Of a stretch of 64,000 nucleotides of DNA, positions 49,888 through 59,592 are shown one piece after another. The notes beneath the pieces were generated by a model. That model did not search any database. It saw only the letters and a list, made by a program, of their open reading frames with translations, and was not told the DNA's origin. Within the stretch, counting starts at the first letter, position 1, and every line of letters starts with the position of its first letter. A program made the translations under genes and the position numbers. Origin of the DNA: Promethearchaeota archaeon (lineage in GTDB: Archaea > Asgardarchaeota > Lokiarchaeia > Sigyniarchaeales > SOKP01); the NCBI GenBank assembly GCA_048938855.1, contig JBHLLT010000001.1:416124-480123 (forward strand), in the 5' to 3' direction.

Positions 49888-51828
49888 GTTATGAAGAATT
49901 GCATTTGGTTTATCTGGTAATATTTCTAATTCTTTTCTTATCCAATCTGAAATCCATTTATATTTTACTTTAAATCTACTATCCATAAAAATTATTGCCC
50001 CTTTATCAGAAACTTTTCTGATAGGTCTTCCGGAAGCTTGATTTGCTCGTTGTACTGCGGGATATAAGTAAGCAAAGTTCCAACCTTGTCTATTAAATAC
50101 TTTATCATAGTAGTTAATTTTTGCTTCCACTCTAGGAGTTGGTAAATGATAGGGAAATCCGGCAATTATTACAGAATTCATATAATCTCCAGGATAGTCC
50201 TCTCCTTCAGAATTCCTCCCTCCACATACGCCTAATAAGACACCGCCTCCATTTTTAGCCATAGTTTTGAAACCATCCACCAATAAAGAATTTTCAGATG
50301 CTGATAATCCTGATTCTTCAATGAATAGTTTTTTCCTATTCTTTTCTACAATATTCTCAAATCCATTTTTTAACAATCCTTTAAGAATTGTATAGGAGGC
50401 ACAAAAAACTCCGATATTTGCTGGAGTACTTTGGAGCACTTCATCAACTTTTTCTATTATTTTTTTATACATAGTTGGATTTCTACTATCTCTTTTAGTA
50501 TCTACGCCCTCAGTTATAATAGCTTTAATATTTTTATTATTAAATGGTGAATCTGCAACAATTCCTTTATAACTCTTGCCACATTCATTTAATCCCATCA
50601 AATTATTGTACACATATGGATTTACCGTTCCAGAGAGATTTAAACATGTATATCCATTTTTTAAAATAGGAATTGTAACTTCTCTTGGATCTAAGGCAAC
50701 GATTTCAAGTGATATTAACCTCTTTCCCTTATTTTCCTTTGTATTATAACAAAAGAAGTAATTTTCTGATGTATAAGATTCTAACCACTTCAACCAAAAT
50801 TCTGCTAATGAACTAATAAAATCTCTTGAGATTTCTCCATTTGCCACTTTTTCTTCATGAACAGATAAGCTAAAATCATAAAGTTCATCAATAAAGATCT
50901 TAAATCCATTTAGATCAGAAAATCCTAATTTTTTATATATCGATGTTAAGTATCTATCTGGTTCTATGGCTTTTTCATTAACTCGTAGATTCTTTTTCTC
51001 TGTTTGTAATTGATCTAATAATATTTGTACGAAACTTTGCATTAAAATAGGTGATCTATACATTTCAAGATCTTTTAAGCATATTTTTAATGAATATGGG
51101 GTAATCTTTTTTGAATTAATTTCAGTTGCAATATCAATTATATTATGACATTCATCTAACACAAGAATACAATTTTGGAGTTCTTGACCTATAAATTCTA
51201 AAAAAGATTCACGAATATACGGATTAAAAATCCATTGATAATTGCAAATTATTACTCTCATTCCTTCAAGTAAAAATTTACTTAAGAAATAGGGACAGAA
51301 ATTATGTTCCTTACAGAATCCTATTAATTCTTCAGCGTCAATAGGTTTATTAAATAATTCTGGTGCGATTGATAAAGGATTTTCACTTTGTCCTTTCTTT
51401 TTTAATAAATTTAGAAAGTAAAGACAATTCCGGTTTTTTCTTAGATCGGTGCAAACAGACATTGCTTCTCTTGGATTTAACTTGAGAGATAATAATGTTT
51501 TATTTAGGCACATTTCATTCCTACCTCTTATTGAAAGACCATTTAAGTTGACTTTAAAATTGTCAGTAATTGTTTTTTGTGAAATTTTAGTCAATTCCTT
51601 AATTATTCTACGATTTTGAGAATGGGTCCTGCACATATAAATTATTTTTAGATTTTTCTCAAATGCTAAAGGAAGTAAACCACATAATGCAATAATTGTT
51701 TTACCTGTACCATTAGGAGCTGATAATAAAGTAATCTTCTTTAATCTAGAACTTTCTTCAATTTGACTAATGACTTTTTCTTGATTTTCTCTGAAATTCT
51801 CGTAAGGGAAAAAGGATGAATAATTTAT
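49861..51828 (-). CDS. xpd: XPD/Rad3 Fe-S DNA helicase; start extended to ATA at 51828
   Basis: FPYENFRENQ (Q motif), APNGTGKT, Fe-S cysteines, DECHN, SGT, SEGED, QASGRPIR. Confidence 0.92.
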   Translation of the reverse strand: MNYSSFFPYENFRENQEKVISQIEESSRLKKITLLSAPNGTGKTIIALCGLLPLAFEKNLKIIYMCRTHSQNRRIIKELTKISQKTITDNFKVNLNGLSIRGRNEMCLNKTLLSLKLNPREAMSVCTDLRKNRNCLYFLNLLKKKGQSENPLSIAPELFNKPIDAEELIGFCKEHNFCPYFLSKFLLEGMRVIICNYQWIFNPYIRESFLEFIGQELQNCILVLDECHNIIDIATEINSKKITPYSLKICLKDLEMYRSPILMQSFVQILLDQLQTEKKNLRVNEKAIEPDRYLTSIYKKLGFSDLNGFKIFIDELYDFSLSVHEEKVANGEISRDFISSLAEFWLKWLESYTSENYFFCYNTKENKGKRLISLEIVALDPREVTIPILKNGYTCLNLSGTVNPYVYNNLMGLNECGKSYKGIVADSPFNNKNIKAIITEGVDTKRDSRNPTMYKKIIEKVDEVLQSTPANIGVFCASYTILKGLLKNGFENIVEKNRKKLFIEESGLSASENSLLVDGFKTMAKNGGGVLLGVCGGRNSEGEDYPGDYMNSVIIAGFPYHLPTPRVEAKINYYDKVFNRQGWNFAYLYPAVQRANQASGRPIRKVSDKGAIIFMDSRFKVKYKWISDWIRKELEILPDKPNAILHNLYAFWATM

Positions 51829-51916
51829 TTTAGCACACCATAAATTAAAATATAATTTTTATACTTCAATAGAATTTATATTGCTATAGACTTTATAAAT
51901 TTAAAAATTTATAGTG

Positions 51917-53362
51917 TTAATCATGTAATATAGGGTTTCTTGCCGCTTGAACAGCATCTAATCGCTTAACATATGTATTATGAGGAGCAGTTTTAAGTAT
52001 TTCAGGACTAATTCTTGCTTCTTCATAAATTTTATTCATTATTTTAACAAAGTTATCTAAGGATTTTTTCGATTCAGTTTCAGTAGGTTCAATCATCAAT
52101 GCTCCTGAAACAATCAATGGAAAATAGATCGTGGGCGCATAAACTCCATAATCAAGTATACGTTTACCTATATCTTCAGTTGTAATTTCATTAGGCATAT
52201 TTCGATCAGAAAGTACAAACTCATGTTGGCAGATCCGGTTAAAAGGAAGAAAAAAATTCTTTTGTAAGAGAACTCTTAAATAATTTGCATTTAAAACAGC
52301 TATTTGGCCAACTCTTTTTAAACCTTCAGCTCCTAAAGCTAAAATATAAGCGTATGCTCTAATAATAACGCCAAAATTACCCCAAAAGGCTCGTATTCTT
52401 CCAATTGATTTATAATTGTTTTCTTTACATATAATTCCGTTTTGAGTTGAAATTAAGCAAGGTTCTGGAAGAAATGGAACGAGCTCATCTATAACTCCAA
52501 TAGGTCCTGATCCTGGACCACCGCCACCATGTGGAGTAGAGAAAGTTTTATGCAAATTCAAATGTATAATATCAAAACCCATGTCTCTAGGATGACAAAT
52601 TCCCAACATTGGATTTAAGTTTGCTCCATCATAATAACATAATCCACCACTTTCATGAACAATTTTAGTGATTTCCTTAATTTGTCTATCAAATACTCCT
52701 AATGTATTCGGATTGGTTAGCATTATACCGGCAACATCACCTTCTTTCATGGCAAATTCTAACTTATCTAATGGAACTTCTCCATATTTATTTGATTGTA
52801 TTTCTATTATTGAGAATCCCGCCATCCTAGCAGAGGCCGGATTAGTTCCATGAGCAGAATCAGGAACAATAATTTTATTCTTTTTAATGCCTTTACTCTC
52901 AAAATATTTTTTTATCATTAATAAGCCAACTAGTTCTCCATGAGCTCCTGCTGCCGGTTGCATTGTAAATCCATCCATTCCTGTTATTTCACCTAATAAT
53001 TCGGAGATATGATAGAGTAATGCAAGACACCCACTATTTTTCTCTTGTAAAGGATGGATTTGAGCAAAACTTGGCATTCTGACTATCTTTTCATTTATTT
53101 TAGGATTATACTTCATGGTACAAGAACCTAATGGATATATACCTGTATCTACACCATAATTCCGATTACTTAAATTAATAAAATGACGAACTATTTCAAC
53201 TTCTGGAATATTAGGAATTGGTAAATCTATTCTTTGGTAAGATTTTGGTAAAATTTCATTAATATCAGTTCCATCAATGTCCATTTCAGGAACAAAATTA
53301 TTCGATTTACTATCTATTTCCTTTTCAAAAATTAATTGAATGTTAGAATCTATGATTTTCAC
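51917..53362 (-). CDS. gcvPB: Glycine dehydrogenase subunit 2
   Basis: YPLGSCTMKYNP, SAHGTNPAS, HLNLHKTFSTPHGGGGPG, EPTETES. Confidence 0.97.
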   Translation of the reverse strand: MKIIDSNIQLIFEKEIDSKSNNFVPEMDIDGTDINEILPKSYQRIDLPIPNIPEVEIVRHFINLSNRNYGVDTGIYPLGSCTMKYNPKINEKIVRMPSFAQIHPLQEKNSGCLALLYHISELLGEITGMDGFTMQPAAGAHGELVGLLMIKKYFESKGIKKNKIIVPDSAHGTNPASARMAGFSIIEIQSNKYGEVPLDKLEFAMKEGDVAGIMLTNPNTLGVFDRQIKEITKIVHESGGLCYYDGANLNPMLGICHPRDMGFDIIHLNLHKTFSTPHGGGGPGSGPIGVIDELVPFLPEPCLISTQNGIICKENNYKSIGRIRAFWGNFGVIIRAYAYILALGAEGLKRVGQIAVLNANYLRVLLQKNFFLPFNRICQHEFVLSDRNMPNEITTEDIGKRILDYGVYAPTIYFPLIVSGALMIEPTETESKKSLDNFVKIMNKIYEEARISPEILKTAPHNTYVKRLDAVQAARNPILHD

Positions 53363-54705
53363 ACCTCTAATCTCTCCTTAGAAGCCAATTGAGCTGCTTC
53401 AAGGAATTTATCAATAGATTGTTTTGAATTTATTTCAGTTACACACACTAGAGCAATATTTCTCATTTCAGGATAGTAATTTGAGATTTTTAATGGAGGT
53501 AAAAGCTTTAATTGTAGGCAATGGGCAATTAAAGAATTAATATCAGGACACATCACAAGAAATTCATTGTATGTCGGCTTTTTATTTAATATTTTATATC
53601 CTTGAATTTTACTTAGTTTTTGTTTTAAATAATGACTCTTTTGAAAATTTTGATATGCAACCTCCTTTAAGCCATTTCTTCCTAACGCTGAGAGATAAGT
53701 TAAAGCAGCTAAGGAACATAATGCTTGGTTTGTACATATATTAGAACTTGCTTTTTCTCTTCGTATATGTTGTTCACGAGCTTGCAGTGTTAAAATAAAA
53801 CCTTCTCCATCTCCATTTATTTCTTTGGTTTTTCCAATCAATCGTCCCGGCATCTTTCTTAAAAATTTTTGTTTAGCAGTAAAAATTCCTAATCCAGGTC
53901 CCCCAAAAGTTGGGGTAATCCCAAAAGATTGCCCTTCTGCGACAAAGATATCAATATCTGTTGTTCCAGGAGGTTTTAATATTCCTAAGCATGTAGGATC
54001 TGTCATTGCTTGAATAATTAAACAACCAGGATTATTATCTCTTATAATATTTACTAATTTGGAAGAATCTTCAATATCACCAAAAAAATTAGGACTTTGA
54101 AATAAAACTGCTGCTATATTGTTAGATAGTAGTTCCTTTAAATTATCTTCAGTTGCTAAGATAACATTAATATCTTGCCCCCAACAATAGGTTCTAATGA
54201 CTTCTACATATTCCGGATGAATTCCTTCAAGCAATATAATAGAATTCCTTCGTGTAATAATTGTTGACATAATAGCTGCCTCAGCTAGGGCTGTTGATCC
54301 ATCATACATGCTAGCGTTGGCAACATCCATTTGGGTCAGTCTGGATATCATTGTTTGATACTCAAAAATAGCTTGTAAGTAACCTTGACTAGCTTCAGCT
54401 TGATATGGAGTATAGGCAGTATAAAATTCTGATCGAGAAGTCACAAAATCTACCAACGAGGGGATGTAATGAAAATAACACCCAGCTCCTAAAAAAGAAC
54501 TTGTATATAATTCATTTTTTTTAGAAATATTCTCTAATTGATGTAAAATATCTGGTTCAGATAATCCAGATGATATATTAAGTTTTTTAATAAGTAAATC
54601 ACTAGGCACATCTTTAAATAATTCTTGTAAAGTTTTTACACCAATTACATTCAGCATTTCTTCAATTGTTTGGTTATCGTGAGACACAAAATCCAATTTA
54701 AACAA
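53359..54705 (-). CDS. gcvPA: Glycine dehydrogenase subunit 1
   Basis: FYTAYTPYQAEASQG, NASMYDG, REQHIRREKASSNICTNQ. Confidence 0.97.
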   Translation of the reverse strand: MFKLDFVSHDNQTIEEMLNVIGVKTLQELFKDVPSDLLIKKLNISSGLSEPDILHQLENISKKNELYTSSFLGAGCYFHYIPSLVDFVTSRSEFYTAYTPYQAEASQGYLQAIFEYQTMISRLTQMDVANASMYDGSTALAEAAIMSTIITRRNSIILLEGIHPEYVEVIRTYCWGQDINVILATEDNLKELLSNNIAAVLFQSPNFFGDIEDSSKLVNIIRDNNPGCLIIQAMTDPTCLGILKPPGTTDIDIFVAEGQSFGITPTFGGPGLGIFTAKQKFLRKMPGRLIGKTKEINGDGEGFILTLQAREQHIRREKASSNICTNQALCSLAALTYLSALGRNGLKEVAYQNFQKSHYLKQKLSKIQGYKILNKKPTYNEFLVMCPDINSLIAHCLQLKLLPPLKISNYYPEMRNIALVCVTEINSKQSIDKFLEAAQLASKERLEV

Positions 54706-54752
54706 CTCAATTAATTTTTCAAAAATTAAATAAAACTATAAAGAAAAAGATT

Positions 54753-55148
54753 TTAATTTTTTTCATTTTGGATTATTTCTTTATATTCTTCATTAGACAA
54801 AAGCTCATCTATTTCACTTGGATGAGAAAACTTAATTTTAATCATCCAACCTTTTTCATACGGAGATGAATTAACTAGTTCTGGATTATTAGCAATATTA
54901 TCGTTAATAGCAATAATTTCTCCAGATAATGGCATGATTAGATCTCCAACTGCTTTTACGGATTCAATTTCTGCTGCGTTACTTCCTTTTTCGAACACCA
55001 TACCAATTTCAGGAAGTTCTACAAATACAATATCACCCAATTGATGTTGGGCAAAATCAGTTATTCCTACTATTGCTATTGAATCTTCAAGTTTAATCCA
55101 TTCATGAGTTGATGTATATTTTAAATTATTGGGTAATTTATGTTCCAT
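54753..55148 (-). CDS. gcvH: Glycine cleavage system H protein
   Basis: HEW, GITDFAQ..LGDIVFVELP, IESVKA lipoyl-Lys. Confidence 0.97.
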   Translation of the reverse strand: MEHKLPNNLKYTSTHEWIKLEDSIAIVGITDFAQHQLGDIVFVELPEIGMVFEKGSNAAEIESVKAVGDLIMPLSGEIIAINDNIANNPELVNSSPYEKGWMIKIKFSHPSEIDELLSNEEYKEIIQNEKN

Positions 55149-55186
55149 ATTTGTTCACCTTTTCTTCACTAAATATACTGTTATTT

Positions 55187-56284
55187 TTACACATTACGGT
55201 AAAAGGGTGTAGTTGCTATTTTTCCTTTCAAAAGTTTATTGCGAATTTCTATATTGATCTCAGTACCTACATCCTTATATTGTTTTTTTACAAGGCCCAA
55301 ACCTATTGTTTTTTTAAGAGTTGGGGAATACCCTCCAGAAGTAACAAATCCAATCTCATCACTGTTCTTAAAGATTTTATATTTTTCTCTAATAATACCT
55401 TTATCAATTAAATTAAGACCTACTAATACTCTATCTGTCCCCTCAGATTTCTGCTTCAATAAGATTTTTTTTCCTATGTAATCTATTCCCTCTTTTGGTT
55501 TTACTAACCAAAAAAGACCCGCCTCAATAGGAGAAATTGTATCACTTATCTCATGGCCGTAAAGTGAGTAACAGGCTTCTAGTCTTAAAGAATCTCTTGC
55601 TCCTAATCCTGCTGGTTTGGCACCAGTGGCAATTAAAATAGTCCATATCGTTTCTGCAAACTCATTTTCAAATGATATTTCAAATCCTTTCTCTCCGGTG
55701 TAACCAGTTCTAGCTATAAAAACAGGGTTTTCTTTAATTGAGCAATGAGTGAAAAAGAATCGATTGATCTTTGATAAATCTACATCTACTAATGGTTGTA
55801 GCAAAGTATCTGCATTAGGGCCTTGAAAAGCCATGCGAGTTCTTTTTTCCGATAGATTTGTAATCTTTACATCCATATTTCCAATATGATCTTCTAACCA
55901 TTTCAAATCTTTTTCGATATTACTAGCATTAACGATCATTCTAAAGCGTTCAGAAGTTTCCTCGTAATAAACAAGGTCGTCTACAACAGTCCCATTTTCA
56001 AAGCACATGCAAGAATATTGTCCTTTAGAAGGTTCCAATAAATTAAGATCATTTATCATCATATATTGAAGAAAATCAATTACATCTTTTCCTTCGAGAA
56101 GAAATTCTCCCATATGTGATATATCGAAAACTCCAGCATTAGATCGAACGTTTTCGTGTTCTTTTATAATACTATCATATTGAACTGGCATCATCCAACC
56201 AGCAAAACTAACCATACGCGCTCCAAGGTTTAAATGGGTCATGTAAAGAGGAGTCTTTTTATTATGTGTTGATTCAGAGTTCAT
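55187..56284 (-). CDS. gcvT: Glycine cleavage system aminomethyltransferase
   Basis: FAGW.MPVQY, FDISHMG, RTGYTGE.GFE, GLGARDSLRLEA. Confidence 0.97.
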   Translation of the reverse strand: MNSESTHNKKTPLYMTHLNLGARMVSFAGWMMPVQYDSIIKEHENVRSNAGVFDISHMGEFLLEGKDVIDFLQYMMINDLNLLEPSKGQYSCMCFENGTVVDDLVYYEETSERFRMIVNASNIEKDLKWLEDHIGNMDVKITNLSEKRTRMAFQGPNADTLLQPLVDVDLSKINRFFFTHCSIKENPVFIARTGYTGEKGFEISFENEFAETIWTILIATGAKPAGLGARDSLRLEACYSLYGHEISDTISPIEAGLFWLVKPKEGIDYIGKKILLKQKSEGTDRVLVGLNLIDKGIIREKYKIFKNSDEIGFVTSGGYSPTLKKTIGLGLVKKQYKDVGTEINIEIRNKLLKGKIATTPFYRNV

Positions 56285-56383
56285 AATTTCTACACAATGT
56301 TATAGTACTAATGTGTTTGGTTTATATAGTGGAATAGGAGAAATCATAAAAATTTATTTATTAGATATATTATAATAAAGAAA

Positions 56384-57256
56384 ATGAATGAAAAAAATAA
56401 TAATAATTATTATTTATCATTAAAAGACATTATATCTGAGAGTCTTTTAAGAGATTTGATACTATTCACTTTCCTATTTCTTTTAATCCTTACTCAAGGA
56501 TGGGAAAATATATTTTTATTATTATTTCCTTTAATTACATTTGTATTTTCATTGTTCTTTAGAATTCTTAGTAGCAGCAAATTGAAAACGGAATTCACTA
56601 ATAGTATTATTATATATAATCCGTTAGGGCTTGAAAAAAAAAGTGCGAACCGACTTTTCTATTGTACACTCTTCCAACTAATTTTGATATTTTGGATTGG
56701 AGGTGAGTCATTATATGATTCACACATTGTTCAAAATTATTACTCATTTTTTTTAGGATTTCTTGTGTTTTTATATACATTTAGTTTCTTTTGGATTTTT
56801 ACTGATTCTTGGAAATATACGAAAATAGAAATATTAGATGAATTATCTAAAGCTAATTCAATTTCATTATCATCGGAGGATGATAAAAAAATACTTTCCT
56901 ATCTTTCATTACAAAATATTAAGTTCGTAGCTTATATCACATTCTTAATTTTCATCTCAATTAACATTTTAAACATATTAATGCTTTTCATCACAAATTA
57001 TAGTAATATTGGAATGCAAGTAATTCTTCCTGGTTCTCAAATTCTAACAATTTCATATTTGTTCTTTGGATTTCTATTTATTTCACCAATTATAGCTGTT
57101 TTTATTTTAATTAAGAATTATAAAATTATCAATAAAATTGATAAAAAGAAATTAGAAAATATTCTTGAGTCATTACCTAGAAATGTTCAAATAAAAATAA
57201 CTGAAAACCTTAAAGCATTGAACATTAAAAATATAAAACAATTAAGACGTGAATAA
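56384..57256 (+). CDS. Multi-pass membrane protein of unknown function
   Basis: About six hydrophobic segments in 290 aa. Confidence 0.7.
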   Translation: MNEKNNNNYYLSLKDIISESLLRDLILFTFLFLLILTQGWENIFLLLFPLITFVFSLFFRILSSSKLKTEFTNSIIIYNPLGLEKKSANRLFYCTLFQLILIFWIGGESLYDSHIVQNYYSFFLGFLVFLYTFSFFWIFTDSWKYTKIEILDELSKANSISLSSEDDKKILSYLSLQNIKFVAYITFLIFISINILNILMLFITNYSNIGMQVILPGSQILTISYLFFGFLFISPIIAVFILIKNYKIINKIDKKKLENILESLPRNVQIKITENLKALNIKNIKQLRRE

Positions 57257-57298
57257 AACAAGAAATTTATTTAGTTAATTTCACAATTTGCATACTTT

Positions 57299-57832
57299 TT
57301 ATTCTAATTGTTCCTTATTTTTAAGAATTGTACGAGTAATTAGTTCAAATATCTTTTTATTATTTTCTCCGCTTTTTGAAGAAGTCTCAATAAAATAATT
57401 AATATTATACTTTTCCTTAAATTTTTCAGCTTGTTCAAAATTAACACTTCTCCTTTCATCTGCTAAATCTGCTTTTTCTCCTACCAAAATAAATACAGGG
57501 TTATTAGCATTAGAATTTACAATTTGATACCATTCCTCTAAATTATCAAAACTAATTCTGCGTGTTATATCATAACATAATAAGCAACCTGTTGCTCCTC
57601 TTGAATAATTAGGTAAAAAAATTCTAAATCGCTTTTCTCCTGCGAAATCCCAGATCTGAAGATTGGCATTTATTTTTCGATTGATTTTAATGCGGTGGAT
57701 TAAGAGATCTGTCCCTATAGTGATTTTTTGAGGAATAAATTGTCCTGTCGCCAATCTCTGTATCATTGTACTTTTTCCGACGCCTCCATCTCCTACAACG
57801 ACGATTTTAAAGAGAAGTTTTCGATTTGACAT
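57299..57832 (-). CDS. Rab-like small GTPase
   Basis: GDGGVGKST, TIGTD, WDFAGE, EKAD, ETSSKSG. Confidence 0.94.
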   Translation of the reverse strand: MSNRKLLFKIVVVGDGGVGKSTMIQRLATGQFIPQKITIGTDLLIHRIKINRKINANLQIWDFAGEKRFRIFLPNYSRGATGCLLCYDITRRISFDNLEEWYQIVNSNANNPVFILVGEKADLADERRSVNFEQAEKFKEKYNINYFIETSSKSGENNKKIFELITRTILKNKEQLE

Positions 57833-58009
57833 TGTTTTTGGTTTGAACTGAGAAATTAATATAATTATAATAAATATCGAATTTAATTAATTTTTGTTTC
57901 TATAAATAATAGATTAAACGGAGTTTTCATTCAAGTTGCAAAGAATCTATCATCATATAAGAAATCAGTTATTAAGTTAAAGTAATAATAAAAAATTAAA
58001 AATAATTAA

Positions 58010-58954
58010 TTAATCTTCCAGAATATCCTTTAATTCATCTATGTTAAGTTTCAGATAGTTAGCGGATATTAATTCTTTACCCAAAAGAGTTAAGAAATTT
58101 TTCTTACGTTTCTTATTTAAAAACTTCTTCATCTCAGATAAATCAGGATTTGGATCAGTAATTTCTATTAGTTTTTTTTTAACTGCAGTATCTACTACTT
58201 TTTGTCCCACATCAGTTCTAATTATAAGCAATGCTTCCCCAGAACCTTTTGGAGCACCCCATGGTGAGTATGATATATCCGAAAATTCCCCTGAGAAATC
58301 AGTACAATATTTGCATCCTGTCATTCCTCCAGATGAACACGCATATGCTATTCTCAAAGATGTACGTTCTGCTCCTGTATTGAAATCTGATGTTAATATT
58401 TTTGCTAGACCTTGAATATGACATGGATTAGCTAAAATACCAATATCTCGCTTATATTCTTTATAAGCTTTTCCAATACCAGTAATTAAAGGCCCAGCGT
58501 TGTCCATTGTAGCTTTTGGTATATATTTTTTTGCATCTTTTGCATTATCTACTACAACAGGAAAAGCAACAGGTGGTTTTTTACTTTTAACTTCGCTTAA
58601 AACCATATTTTTTACAATACCTGCTTCAAAACCTGCAACAACAAGATTATATAATATATCATCTTTATTTTTAGATTTAACTTGAATGATATCATTATAG
58701 ACCCCAACTGCTAAATCTATGCGTGTCTTACCGAATAATTTCTCTTCAATCTTCGAGATTGGTAAAAAACTTCTTGGACATGAATTATAGCAGAGCCCTA
58801 CAGTTTCAGCGCATTCATCTACAACGTAAGCTTCGCCCGTTTCTTTATTAAAATCCATATGTGGACAGAATGCATTACATGAACCGCAATGAATACACAA
58901 CCCAGAATAAATCACTTCATTTTCAAGATCTTGACTTGATTTTTCGACTTTCAT
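58010..58954 (-). CDS. FrhB/FdhB family (F420-dependent beta-subunit-like) Fe-S protein, shortened
   Basis: CIHCGSCNAFCP, LCYNSCPR, PCHIQG, GCKYCTDFSGEFSDIS, IIRT..G. Confidence 0.82.
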   Translation of the reverse strand: MKVEKSSQDLENEVIYSGLCIHCGSCNAFCPHMDFNKETGEAYVVDECAETVGLCYNSCPRSFLPISKIEEKLFGKTRIDLAVGVYNDIIQVKSKNKDDILYNLVVAGFEAGIVKNMVLSEVKSKKPPVAFPVVVDNAKDAKKYIPKATMDNAGPLITGIGKAYKEYKRDIGILANPCHIQGLAKILTSDFNTGAERTSLRIAYACSSGGMTGCKYCTDFSGEFSDISYSPWGAPKGSGEALLIIRTDVGQKVVDTAVKKKLIEITDPNPDLSEMKKFLNKKRKKNFLTLLGKELISANYLKLNIDELKDILED

Positions 58955-58979
58955 AAAAATTCACTTTATGCTTTGTATC

Positions 58980-58997
58980 AGTGTGAAATTTCACACT
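58980..58997. promoter_or_regulatory. Perfect 18-bp palindrome AGTGTGAAATTTCACACT, candidate operator of the frhB-like gene
   Basis: Lies between a TATA-like element (about 59027-59036, minus strand) and the ATG at 58954. Confidence 0.6.
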
Positions 58998-59149
58998 AAT
59001 TGAAATCTCCCACCAATAAAAAGGTTTTTTATATAATTTTAAGTTGAAACTAAGTCTTTTTGAATTATTTAAGACAAAAAATTGTATTTAAATGAAGAAC
59101 TGAAAGTTTTTAAGACTATGAAGTGTTAAAAATAACATATTTTTTAGAT

Positions 59150-59422
59150 TTAATCTAATAATCTAGAACAAGTATCATTGAGTTTTTTTATTAAATGATC
59201 ACGATCCTTCCAAGTAATCCATGTGCTACCTGATTTCTCAAAATGAAATCCATCATATTGTTCACTTATTTTTGTTAATGTTTTTTTAACAAAGCTCCAA
59301 GAGAAACCAGTCTCCTCAACAATTTCAGCAATAGCAACAGGATGATTTAATTCGAGAGAATTGTTAAAATAATCAACGATCCTGTCAAAACCAGTTTTGG
59401 GAGCATCTTTATCTTCAGACAT
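59150..59422 (-). CDS. Small winged-helix/HTH protein
   Basis: IAEIVEETGFSWSFVKKTL followed by a beta-wing (FEKSGSTWITW). Confidence 0.65.
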   Translation of the reverse strand: MSEDKDAPKTGFDRIVDYFNNSLELNHPVAIAEIVEETGFSWSFVKKTLTKISEQYDGFHFEKSGSTWITWKDRDHLIKKLNDTCSRLLD

Positions 59423-59592
59423 TACATTATTCCTCAATAATTATGCTTTTTTTAAAATTATATTTTTCTAATAACCAATATACAATAATAATGTGAAATT
59501 ATTGATTAATGTTATTTTGGATTATATATAATTAATTTATCTAAATATAATATTTAATTTGTATAAATTAATTGTATTTTAAACTTATTCTT

